Below are positions 1 through 7,148 of a stretch of 23,198 nucleotides of DNA, piece after piece. The number at the start of each line of letters is the position of its first letter. Position 1 is the first letter of the stretch. Below the pieces are notes generated by a model. That model searched no databases, was not told the origin of the DNA, and saw only the letters and a program-made list of their open reading frames with translations. The DNA comes from a virus (taxonomy: Duplodnaviria; Heunggongvirae; Uroviricota; Caudoviricetes), in the IMG/VR virus record IMGVR_UViG_648276650_000002, positions 1 through 23,198 of that record; one strand, given 5' to 3'. The position numbers were made by a program, and so were the translations under genes.

Positions 1-74
1 GGGCCTATCAATGGGCCTAAAAGGTTCGGATTTAATTAGTTCTCTTCGGACTTCGCGGGACAAATTCAGGGCAC

Positions 75-106
75 AAAAAAGCCCGCAGGGCTTGCGCCGT
101 GCGGGC
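75..106 (-). terminator. Rho-independent terminator-like hairpin in the flank downstream of the ssrA 3' fragment
   Basis: Inverted repeat gcccgca / tgcgggc (about 81-87 and 100-106) with an A-run at 75-80 on the plus strand, i.e. a U-run after the stem on the minus strand. Confidence 0.4.
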
Positions 107-153
107 TCTTAGGACTTCATCGGATGACTCTGGTAATCACCGATGGAGAATTT

Positions 154-188
154 TGGTGGAGCTGGCGGGAGTTGAACCCGTGTCCGAA
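154..188 (-). ncRNA. ssrA: Partial tmRNA (ssrA) 3'-terminal segment, about 35 nt; att core of the prophage, not a complete gene
   Basis: Reverse complement reads ...TTCGGACACGGGTTCAACTCCCGCCAGCTCCACCA, matching the 3' end of E. coli ssrA with one mismatch. The match stops at about 188, so the tmRNA body is absent here. Confidence 0.7.
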
Positions 189-312
189 TAATGCTTAACC
201 TATTGAATATTAATGTTTTGTCTTTTTTGAAAGGCCTCAAGTGCATTTTACGTGCATATCGTGGTCCCTCTAACGTCCTGATTCCGTCCAACATTTTGAA
301 ATACTCACGACG

Positions 313-1485
313 CTACAGAGCTGCTGAAATGGCGGTTTTCCCGTCGTATTCAGCCAGGTATTTACCGTAATTGCGGAACAGCATTTCCGGCCCTTTATGC
401 CCCATCTGCCCGGCAAGCCAGAAAAGGTTTACGCCCTGGCTAATGTGTCTGGTGGCGAATGTGTGGCGGGTCTGGTACGGGTTACGGTATCGAACGCCAG
501 CTTTTTTGAGGGTTGGCACCCATGCTTTTTTTCGTATTGCGTCGGCGTTCGCCCAGGGCTCTCCCGTTTTAGGGTCGCTGAAAATAAACTCGCTTTTCAT
601 GAAAGTGAATTGTTTCTGCGCCTGCAGCGCGGCCAGCGCCTCGCTGTTTAATTCTACTTTACGGGTACCGGCTTTTGTTTTGGTGCCTTTCAGAACGCCA
701 ACAACACTCGCCGCCTGAACGTGAGCTGTTTTAGCGATATTGTCGAGATCAGGCCAGCGCAACGCACACAGCTCAGAGCTGCGTAAACCTGTATTGAATG
801 CGAAACGGAACAGGTTTTCCCATTCCGGATAACTGCAGCTCTGGTAAATGGCGCTGATTTCCGCTGGTGTGAACGGATCAACTTCGTAATCGTCACTATT
901 CGGGCTGCTGTCGATCACGTGGTACCGACTCGCGCTGACAAGGGTTACCGGGTTGATAGTCAGCAGGCCGTCTGTCACCGCTTCATCTATGGCGCTGCGC
1001 AGAAACGAGAGGTTATTCCTGATTGTTTTCAGCTTTGTTTTTCTGCTGGCGATCCAGTTTTTGAGGACCGCAGGGGTCAGTTCCGATACATGCATTTTGT
1101 GCAGCGCAGATAGCGCAGACAGGCACTTTTCATAACCGCCAATAGTGGACGGCGAAAGGTTGCGGTTCTGGCAGATTTTCAGATACTCGTCCAGGTAGGA
1201 CTTAATATTTTTGGTTTTCTTCACTACCCCGAACAGCTCCAGTTTTTTGGAGGTGGGGAAGTATTTCGCATAATCGAATGTGCCGCCGGCGATCTGATTC
1301 TGTATCTCCCCCAGCAGGCGCTCGGCATACTTCACGCCGCGCGCGTTTGCTTCCATTCTGGAAAGGGGCTCCCGGCAGAGAACCCCCTTGTAGGTGAATG
1401 TGATCACCAGGGTGTCGCCAGTTTTATGCTGGCGAATGGTTACTCCTCTTGGGAGAGATAATGATCCTTGTTCTTTCTTGCCCAC
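313..1485 (-). CDS. int: Phage integrase, tyrosine recombinase family
   Basis: 390-aa ORF next to the att core. C-terminal catalytic region ...RHTFATRHISQGVNLFWLAGQMGHKGPEMLFRNYGKY with the R/H/Y arrangement. GTG start at 1485 preceded by GGAGG at a 7-nt spacing. Confidence 0.9.
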   Translation of the reverse strand: MGKKEQGSLSLPRGVTIRQHKTGDTLVITFTYKGVLCREPLSRMEANARGVKYAERLLGEIQNQIAGGTFDYAKYFPTSKKLELFGVVKKTKNIKSYLDEYLKICQNRNLSPSTIGGYEKCLSALSALHKMHVSELTPAVLKNWIASRKTKLKTIRNNLSFLRSAIDEAVTDGLLTINPVTLVSASRYHVIDSSPNSDDYEVDPFTPAEISAIYQSCSYPEWENLFRFAFNTGLRSSELCALRWPDLDNIAKTAHVQAASVVGVLKGTKTKAGTRKVELNSEALAALQAQKQFTFMKSEFIFSDPKTGEPWANADAIRKKAWVPTLKKAGVRYRNPYQTRHTFATRHISQGVNLFWLAGQMGHKGPEMLFRNYGKYLAEYDGKTAISAAL

Positions 1486-1649
1486 TTTGAAACCTCCGTT
1501 AAGTCTATCCAGCGTTCTTTAACGCCATCGACTTTTAATACATGGACACCCTCTTTCCATAACCCCCTTTGTATCCGTTTGTTAACGGCTTCAACCGTTT
1601 CTCCGGCGTCCCGGCAGTAGGTTGAAAGTGGTACGCAATCAAGACTCAT
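1440..1649 (-). CDS. xis: Putative excisionase (Xis-like), 69 aa
   Basis: Small ORF immediately upstream of int, overlapping it by 46 nt. ATG at 1649 preceded by GGGAGG at a 6-nt spacing. Assignment is mainly positional; sequence MSLDCVPLSTY...VHVLKVDGVKERWIDL. Confidence 0.5.
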   Translation of the reverse strand: MSLDCVPLSTYCRDAGETVEAVNKRIQRGLWKEGVHVLKVDGVKERWIDLTEVSKWARKNKDHYLSQEE

Positions 1650-1923
1650 GACCGACCTCCCGCCCGAATGCCTGGGCATTTTCCAGTTCATTTGCCGCAT
1701 AGATAAGTGCGTTGTGGTGCGCTCTAAAACCGCCATCAAGTTCGCTGGCCGCTCTCTTGCGCAAAAAATCGATTGCAGCCTGATAGTCTTCACTGGCTGG
1801 CAGATCTCCCACGAGCATCAGCATGTTTTCCGGGTCGACAGGGATGGTGGTGAGCCCCAGCTGCTTGGCCTTCGTTGCCAGACGGGTCCAACGCTTAATA
1901 ATTTCTGAAACTGGCTTATTCAT
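1639..1923 (-). CDS. Hypothetical protein, 94 aa
   Basis: ORF with ATG at 1923 and a GAGG Shine-Dalgarno; stop overlaps the xis start region. No recognisable motif. Confidence 0.5.
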   Translation of the reverse strand: MNKPVSEIIKRWTRLATKAKQLGLTTIPVDPENMLMLVGDLPASEDYQAAIDFLRKRAASELDGGFRAHHNALIYAANELENAQAFGREVGHES

Positions 1924-1934
1924 GGAGCGCCTCG

Positions 1935-2030
1935 CTACCTCACCAAAAATTTATATTCAATCAGCGCGCCGATAACGGTGGCCGCCAGTAGCAGGGAAAC
2001 AATGATGCTGAAAGTGAAGGGCTTCATCAT
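1935..2030 (-). CDS. Possible 31-aa hydrophobic peptide (MMKPFTFSIIVSLLLAATVIGALIEYKFLVR)
   Basis: Not in the ORF track because it is under 60 aa. Its ATG overlaps the TGA of the upstream gene (ATGA). A single predicted transmembrane helix fills the gap between two genes. Confidence 0.3.
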   Translation of the reverse strand: MMKPFTFSIIVSLLLAATVIGALIEYKFLVR

Positions 2031-2440
2031 TTCACCCCTGCTGGTTTGATGGCCTGCAGTGCATCAACCTCTTTAACGAATCGGTCATGCATCGCGTCCC
2101 ATTTCTCACACCATTTCTCCATTTCTCGCTTGCGCGCCAGGATACGACGCAGACGGCGAACACAACGCTGGTGGGCGGCCAGATACTCAGCCTTTGTTTC
2201 CCCGTCTCGCCATACCTCCATATCATCGCGATCAATACGCACTCGCGGGTGACGCTGTGGAAAACCTGAACGCTCAAAAGCCTCGGTGGTCATGAAGAAA
2301 GCCAGATAGCGGATCGCCGTATCGCGGGTGAAGCATTTTTTGACGCGGCCGTGACGGCGTGCCACGAACAACGGACCTGCCGGGGTATCATGTTGCTGTA
2401 ATGCCAGGTCGATTGCGCTGGCGATGCGTTTATCAGTCAT
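2027..2440 (-). CDS. Hypothetical protein, 137 aa (internal ATG of the 200-aa ORF)
   Basis: ATG at 2440 overlaps the stop of the upstream gene (ATGA) and follows an AGGA Shine-Dalgarno. The upstream part of the long ORF is Pro/Arg-rich read-through. Confidence 0.55.
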   Translation of the reverse strand: MTDKRIASAIDLALQQHDTPAGPLFVARRHGRVKKCFTRDTAIRYLAFFMTTEAFERSGFPQRHPRVRIDRDDMEVWRDGETKAEYLAAHQRCVRRLRRILARKREMEKWCEKWDAMHDRFVKEVDALQAIKPAGVK

Positions 2441-2658
2441 TTTCTGTCCTTCAATTTTGAATAGCGTTCGTGGCTCATTACTTCCCAGCTCTGGCCGCCG
2501 TCGCGGGAAAGCAGGCGCCAGCGGAGATTCACACTCAGGCTCAGATAGCCAGTCTTGTGCATGCGGCGGGGGTGGATCCGCCCGGCGCGGTGCTGGCGCA
2601 GCACACGCACAGCCCTTTCGTGAACCCATTCAGGGATTCGGATCGCAGTAAGTGTCAT
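2437..2658 (-). CDS. Hypothetical basic, Arg-rich protein, 73 aa
   Basis: ORF whose start overlaps the upstream stop and whose stop overlaps the downstream start, both as ATGA. Confidence 0.5.
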   Translation of the reverse strand: MTLTAIRIPEWVHERAVRVLRQHRAGRIHPRRMHKTGYLSLSVNLRWRLLSRDGGQSWEVMSHERYSKLKDRK

Positions 2659-2894
2659 GAATGCTCCTGCGTGATGGCCGCTGTTTTCTTAGCATGTTCG
2701 ACCAGCTCTGCCACAAGCTCATCAACCAGCAGCTTTCCGCTTTCAGTCAGGTATTCGCCATGACCATTCACATCAACTGCATTCCGGTACAAATCGCGGA
2801 TAGCTTTATCGCCTGCCACCGGGCCATGCTCACTTCGCGCCATTTTTTCAAACCGGCACAGAAGCCCGTCGAATAAAATCTCGGTCAGCTCCAT
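2655..2894 (-). CDS. Hypothetical protein, about 79 aa; the start could extend to 3068
   Basis: ORF 2655..3068; ATG at 2894 (MELTEILFDG...) avoids overlap with the 67-aa gene. Start is uncertain. Confidence 0.4.
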   Translation of the reverse strand: MELTEILFDGLLCRFEKMARSEHGPVAGDKAIRDLYRNAVDVNGHGEYLTESGKLLVDELVAELVEHAKKTAAITQEHS

Positions 2895-2997
2895 GGTCGT
2901 TATTCCGCCTTTCGGAAGAGTAATAACAATGCAGGTTGTGCCTGTTTTACGTTGGTGGCGTAATAACGCTGCCTTTAAAATTCGGCGGCGGTAGGTT

Positions 2998-3201
2998 TCA
3001 ATTACGTTGTTTTTCACGACGTTCAAACTCCGAATCCATCCACATTGAGACCTGAGCCGACAAGTCAAGGCAGAGGCCAGACAGGGAAATTATTTGCTCG
3101 ATATCCATATCAATAATATTGGAGTTGATTAACTCCATTAATTGATAAAGGTTATCTGCTGTATTTTTTGCGGTTTCTAGAGAACTGTCTCTACTGAGCA
3201 T
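2998..3201 (-). CDS. Hypothetical protein, 67 aa, in an AT-rich segment
   Basis: ATG at 3201 preceded by ACGGAG at a 7-nt spacing. Local AT-rich composition differs from the flanks. Confidence 0.45.
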   Translation of the reverse strand: MLSRDSSLETAKNTADNLYQLMELINSNIIDMDIEQIISLSGLCLDLSAQVSMWMDSEFERREKQRN

Positions 3202-3337
3202 ATTCAGACTCCGTAAGCTTTACGCATGAAAAGGTCAGATATATGGCGGTACTCGTCGCCATAGACCATAAAGAAAAGACATGCTGTTTTGTATGCCGCT
3301 TTATCGATTAACATTTACTTACCCATTTAAAAGTTGG

Positions 3338-3997
3338 TTAACGTGGTTGAGTAAATCGCTGTTGCATTCCCGCTATTTTTTTCATCAGGCCTGCATGTAG
3401 TAGTGGGTGAATCTCATCACATGTGGGCTTCCAGTCCTTAGCCTGTTGCATCTTGGCTGTGTGCCAGGCTAAGTGGGCTTCCTGTGTGGTGTTGAAAAGC
3501 CCAAGGTGTGAAATCTTTCCGTTTACGTTGATTCGTGCCCGAAACTTAGCGGACTGTTTATGCCAGATAACACCCTGTGGGTATTTCCCTCGTAAACGGG
3601 CGCGATCACCTGTAAATAAGTTAAGTGCTGGGGGAACAAATACGCAGTATTCAGGACCATATATCTTGTTACCATGGTGTAGCAGGTCCTTATCTAGCAC
3701 ATATCCATCGCGATAGTTTTCTTTCCAGAACGCCAGAAAGTTTGAGAATCGCAGCCACTCATCGGCAACAGTACATCCGGCGTAACTGTGCTCTAACTGT
3801 TCTGTGTGCGGTTTGTAGCAGCGAGATAACATGCCGCTCCAACGACGGTGAGCGCTGTGGTGGCACATTATTCCGTCGATGATAATAGTGCTGGGGAATT
3901 CTACGTCATAATGACCAACACCATACTCCAGGCTTTTTAAATGCCTACGCCGCGAAACTTTTGATTCAAGAAGACTATCTATTTCAGATTGGTTCAT
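3338..3997 (-). CDS. HNH endonuclease with a C-terminal AP2-type DNA-binding domain
   Basis: HNH_3-like segment VLDKDLLHHGNKIYGPEYCVFVPPALN, then an AP2-like segment GVIWHKQSAKFRARINVNGKISHLGLFNTTQEAHLAWHTAK. GGAG Shine-Dalgarno before the ATG at 3997. Confidence 0.65.
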   Translation of the reverse strand: MNQSEIDSLLESKVSRRRHLKSLEYGVGHYDVEFPSTIIIDGIMCHHSAHRRWSGMLSRCYKPHTEQLEHSYAGCTVADEWLRFSNFLAFWKENYRDGYVLDKDLLHHGNKIYGPEYCVFVPPALNLFTGDRARLRGKYPQGVIWHKQSAKFRARINVNGKISHLGLFNTTQEAHLAWHTAKMQQAKDWKPTCDEIHPLLHAGLMKKIAGMQQRFTQPR

Positions 3998-4066
3998 TTC
4001 AATCTCCTCTGAAATTTGGTTGCACGTATCCCCACCAGGGATGGTGTGATTTAAACTACCTATTAA

Positions 4067-4486
4067 TTAATTTAATTTTATTTCGATGCTTTTCAGTAAT
4101 TCATGTACCTTAATGGTATTATCGAAAATAAGTGATGCCATCAGGCAATCAGCGTCATCACTGTCTTTTCCTGAAAAATATGATTCGTTATATACGTGAG
4201 CCAGTTCCCTGAGTTTTGCAGCGCTGACTGTGGCATAAAAAATATCATCGGCAATATCATCTCTATTCCCGATGGGGGGGTTAACTGTCTTTGCAGTATT
4301 TGCTAACTCTTCGATGTATGCGTAAGCTGTTTCACGGGTTTTATCGAAAGAGCGAATGAGGCAGGCTAAGCCGCAATCAGTTTCCTCGTTCATTTCTTCG
4401 GTGTTTCTATAAATCATTTCCAGAAGAGTATTGCCTTCGGAAATCTGAGCGACGATATCATGAAGCATGTCTAATGGAGTTTTCAT
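4067..4486 (-). CDS. Hypothetical acidic protein, 139 aa, AT-rich accessory cassette
   Basis: ORF whose ATG directly abuts the stop of the upstream 70-aa gene (TAAATG). AT-rich codon usage unlike the flanking phage genes. Confidence 0.55.
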   Translation of the reverse strand: MKTPLDMLHDIVAQISEGNTLLEMIYRNTEEMNEETDCGLACLIRSFDKTRETAYAYIEELANTAKTVNPPIGNRDDIADDIFYATVSAAKLRELAHVYNESYFSGKDSDDADCLMASLIFDNTIKVHELLKSIEIKLN

Positions 4487-4699
4487 TTATTCATTCTCCG
4501 GCCAATCATAACCAAGTTCATGGTTTAGAACAGAAAGATTATCCCTTAACTGATTGATACAAATTTTAATGAGTGCCGCTGGTTTATATGCAACATCTGG
4601 ATCTGATTCTGCGTACTCAAGCGCATTGATTACACGATCAATATCCATCGCAATTTTGTGGACAGTTCCGTTCTCGGAAAGCATTTTCTCTACATTCAT
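4487..4699 (-). CDS. Hypothetical acidic protein, 70 aa; first gene of the leftward early transcript
   Basis: ATG at 4699 preceded by ACGGAG at an 8-nt spacing. The ORF-track start at 4759 is a TTG without a Shine-Dalgarno. Confidence 0.5.
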   Translation of the reverse strand: MNVEKMLSENGTVHKIAMDIDRVINALEYAESDPDVAYKPAALIKICINQLRDNLSVLNHELGYDWPENE

Positions 4700-4732
4700 T
4701 TCATAGGCTCCGTTGTCTGCTGATGAAGTGAA

Positions 4733-4774
4733 TTTAGCAAAATGGTAAAAGCCATGCAAATGATAAATGCTAAA
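4733..4774. promoter_or_regulatory. Candidate left operator/promoter (OL/pL-like)
   Basis: TTTAGCAAAATGGTAAA at about 4733-4749 and GCTAAA at about 4769-4774. The same half-site motif recurs in the cI-cro intergenic region. Confidence 0.4.
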
Positions 4775-4842
4775 TTATTTACTTTTTCTTTTATGTATTT
4801 GATAAATAATATAATTATTTATTATTATTCTTCGGTGGGCAT

Positions 4843-4870
4843 AAAAAAACCCACCATCAGGTCGGGTGGG
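4843..4870 (-). terminator. Rho-independent terminator downstream of the repressor gene
   Basis: Stem cccacc / ggtggg (about 4850-4855 and 4865-4870), 9-nt loop, then a run of seven U on the minus strand (plus-strand A-run 4843-4849). Confidence 0.6.
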
Positions 4871-4888
4871 GGGGGGTAAAGATGGGGG

Positions 4889-5578
4889 TTACAGGGCGGG
4901 CATTTCATCATTGTCAACATAACGCGTATGCTTAACAATAGCTGAAACAAAATGCATTTTCTCGATGCTATCAGGACTTAAGGTGATGGGCCTGTGATCA
5001 CTGTTTACACTTGAGAATTGATAATCGCCATCGCGAGTTTTACTCATGATTTTTATCATGTTATGCCCATCTTTTGTTCGCACAAAAACCTCATCACCTG
5101 TATGAACTTGGGTGTTTGGCTCTATGACGACATATTCTCCAGACTGTATGCGTGGCCACATGCTGTCTCCCTTCACTTTCAGCCCATAGGCATCCCTATC
5201 CGCGCTGTATATTTGTAGCCATCCAGCGTGGATCTCTAGCATATCGATCATTCCGTCAATCCCAAGAATCGCTTCCCCTACAACTGGTACAGCTCCCGGA
5301 CGGACTGATCCGACATACTCCAACTCGCTTTTAATACTGCCAGGAGCATTGTGTGGACTATCCAGCCACCCAAACGGACGATCCAAGGCCTGTTCAATCT
5401 TTCTGGCCATTTTGTCCCCTATGTTTCGATGGCTATTGCCCCCAAGCAACTGGCTCAACTGGGCAGGGCTTATCCCGCACAATTCTGCGAAAGCTGCTTT
5501 TGTCGTATGTCTGTCGCGCTTCAGGAACTCAACAATGAGCTGCTCAAGGTTTGATTTGCGTATGCTTTTTATGTCCAT
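4889..5578 (-). CDS. CI-type prophage repressor, HTH plus LexA-like S24 autopeptidase domain
   Basis: N-terminal HTH (AAFAELCGISPAQLSQLLGG). C-terminal S24 signature VKGDSMWP...GEYVVIEP...GDEVFVRTKDGHNMIKIM with the Ser/Lys dyad. Divergent from the cro-like gene. Confidence 0.85.
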   Translation of the reverse strand: MDIKSIRKSNLEQLIVEFLKRDRHTTKAAFAELCGISPAQLSQLLGGNSHRNIGDKMARKIEQALDRPFGWLDSPHNAPGSIKSELEYVGSVRPGAVPVVGEAILGIDGMIDMLEIHAGWLQIYSADRDAYGLKVKGDSMWPRIQSGEYVVIEPNTQVHTGDEVFVRTKDGHNMIKIMSKTRDGDYQFSSVNSDHRPITLSPDSIEKMHFVSAIVKHTRYVDNDEMPAL

Positions 5579-5689
5579 GTCAAAATAATCTCATTATTTA
5601 GCAATGTGGTAAATACACAAACTGCTAAATGATTATTGCATTTAATTTAGCAAAAAGCTAAAGTTGATTCATTGCAACAGGAGACCGTA
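5579..5689. promoter_or_regulatory. Immunity-region operator/promoter (OR-like) with divergent promoters
   Basis: Three TTAGC-containing elements: TTTAGC-AATGT-GGTAAA (about 5597-5613), GCTAAA (about 5624-5629), TTTAGC-AAAAA-GCTAAA (about 5646-5662). Candidate rightward promoter: TTGCAT (5636-5641), 17 bp, TAAAGT (5659-5664). Confidence 0.6.
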
Positions 5690-5917
5690 ATGAACAACCA
5701 ATTACTTGCTTGGCGTAAGTGCTCAACAAAAGAGCAGTGGGCAGATCTTGCTAAAAAATCAGGCACATCTCCGGGATACCTGAATCTCATTGCTTATGGT
5801 CATCGCAATGCTTCCCCCAGACTGGCATTGGCGATCGAGAGCGCATCAAAGTCATTCGTGAATAAGCCAGTTATTACAAAAGAACAGTTGGTTTTCAAGA
5901 GCGGTTCTGAGGTGTGA
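5690..5917 (+). CDS. Cro-like HTH regulator
   Basis: ATG at 5690 preceded by AGGAG. HTH region ...LAKKSGTSPGYLNLIAYGHRNASPRLALAIE. Divergent from the repressor across the operator region. Confidence 0.7.
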   Translation: MNNQLLAWRKCSTKEQWADLAKKSGTSPGYLNLIAYGHRNASPRLALAIESASKSFVNKPVITKEQLVFKSGSEV

Positions 5918-5918
5918 T

Positions 5919-6116
5919 ATGTCGCACTCGATCACTACCGAAAACCAAGTTAAGCCATTGGATATCGATTATCGCGATCCGCGCGGTGTGATTGTGCATG
6001 TCACCGGCTGGAATCGGGATAAACAGCAGGTGTACTTCACCAGGCAGAATTATCCGCATGAATGCATGCAGCCTGTCTGGAAGTTTCAAAATTATTTCAG
6101 GAGGGTTGTGGAGTGA
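5919..6116 (+). CDS. Hypothetical protein, 65 aa, at the cII position
   Basis: ATG at 5919 right after the cro stop with a GAGGTG Shine-Dalgarno. Stop overlaps the GTG start of the next gene (GTGA). No HTH recognised. Confidence 0.4.
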   Translation: MSHSITTENQVKPLDIDYRDPRGVIVHVTGWNRDKQQVYFTRQNYPHECMQPVWKFQNYFRRVVE

Positions 6117-7045
6117 GCAATTTCTTACAGCTCGTTGATCGTCCAATAGCCTTTCAACGGTCCTTCGTTCGCCTTGGCGTGGGTATTACAGGTGCATTGC
6201 TATTGTCACAGATTGTCTATTGGCAGAACCGCATGGAAGGGAATTGGTTCTACAAAACCCAGACAGATCTCGAAGAAGAGACTGGATTAACGCGTTACGA
6301 ACAAGAGGGAGCGCGTAAAAAGCTGGTTTCCTGTGGCGTACTGGAAGAAGCAAAACGTGGCATCCCAGCAAAATTATATTTCAGAGTAAACCAGGAGCGC
6401 TTGGAAGAACTTCTACTTGGCGAAAACCAGCATGCAGGTATGGGGAAAACCAACAAACAAGGATGCGGAATTTCCGCAAACAGTGATGCGGAAAACCAGC
6501 ATGCAGGTATGGGGAAAACCAACGAGCAGTCATGTGGAAATTCCGCATCCATTCATACAGTAGATTACCAGGAGACTACACAGAAGATTAATACAGAGAA
6601 TAAATATCTTGGTGCATCGGCTGAAGCCGACACACCGAAAGTGAAATCTTCAACTGATTATTCTCCTGCATTTGAAGAAGCCTGGCAGGCATACCCAAAA
6701 CGTAGCGGTGGAAATAACAAGCTAAGCGCATTCAAAGCCTGGAACGCACGTATTAAACAGGGCGTAAAACCAGAGACGATGCTGGAAGGGGTTAAGCGCT
6801 ACGCAGCTTTCATGGCCTCTGAGGGAAAGATCGGTACTTCGTTCGTCAAGCAGGCGGCGACGTTCTTCGGGCCGGATAAACATTTCGATGAACCGTGGCT
6901 GGTAGAGACCCAGGAAAACAAAGTCCCTACCCGACAAGACCAGTCTCGCTACGAGTGGTACGCAAAGTCTGATGACGGCTCTGCCGAGGTGTTTATCAAT
7001 CAGTCAGCGATCGATCGCATGAACCGTGGCGGGTATCGCCCATGA
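6113..7045 (+). CDS. Putative replication initiator (O-like) with an in-gene repeat
   Basis: GTG at 6113 preceded by AGGAGG. N-terminal region resembles winged-helix initiator domains. Contains a 23-aa tandem protein repeat encoded by a 69-bp DNA repeat. Confidence 0.55.
   Translation: MSNFLQLVDRPIAFQRSFVRLGVGITGALLLSQIVYWQNRMEGNWFYKTQTDLEEETGLTRYEQEGARKKLVSCGVLEEAKRGIPAKLYFRVNQERLEELLLGENQHAGMGKTNKQGCGISANSDAENQHAGMGKTNEQSCGNSASIHTVDYQETTQKINTENKYLGASAEADTPKVKSSTDYSPAFEEAWQAYPKRSGGNNKLSAFKAWNARIKQGVKPETMLEGVKRYAAFMASEGKIGTSFVKQAATFFGPDKHFDEPWLVETQENKVPTRQDQSRYEWYAKSDDGSAEVFINQSAIDRMNRGGYRP
6419..6556. repeat. Two tandem copies of a 69-bp repeat, iteron-like, candidate origin
   Basis: gaaaaccagcatgcaggtatggggaaaaccaac at about 6422-6454 and again at 6491-6523. 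Each copy ends in a near-palindrome (tgcggaatttccgca / tgtggaaattccgca). A more AT-rich stretch follows. Confidence 0.6.
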
Positions 7046-7148
7046 AAATACTCCTCAAACGTCTACTGGTTGCTGGCTATAACCGCGGCTTTTTGCGTGA
7101 GGAATTCGTGACTATGTGCTTTATAAAATTCGATTTACGGAGTGTGTG

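Noticed and set aside
109..294. 61-aa ORF on the minus strand
   Set aside because: It overlaps the ssrA 3' fragment and the att core, has no Shine-Dalgarno, and has a low-complexity translation. Treated as noncoding.
371..1135. Several plus-strand ORFs (371..718, 397..651, 919..1113, 953..1135) and minus-strand 690..896
   Set aside because: All lie inside the well-supported integrase gene, antisense or out of frame. They are shadow ORFs.
2027..2629. Full 200-aa ORF
   Set aside because: Its N-terminal 63 codons overlap the upstream 73-aa gene and translate to Pro/Arg/Ala-rich sequence. The internal ATG at 2440, with a Shine-Dalgarno and an ATGA overlap, is the more likely start.
2440..2658. 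Arg-rich 73-aa protein as a lambda N-like antiterminator
   Set aside because: It is not the first gene after the candidate pL, and I could see no boxB/nut-like hairpin context. Kept as a hypothetical protein.
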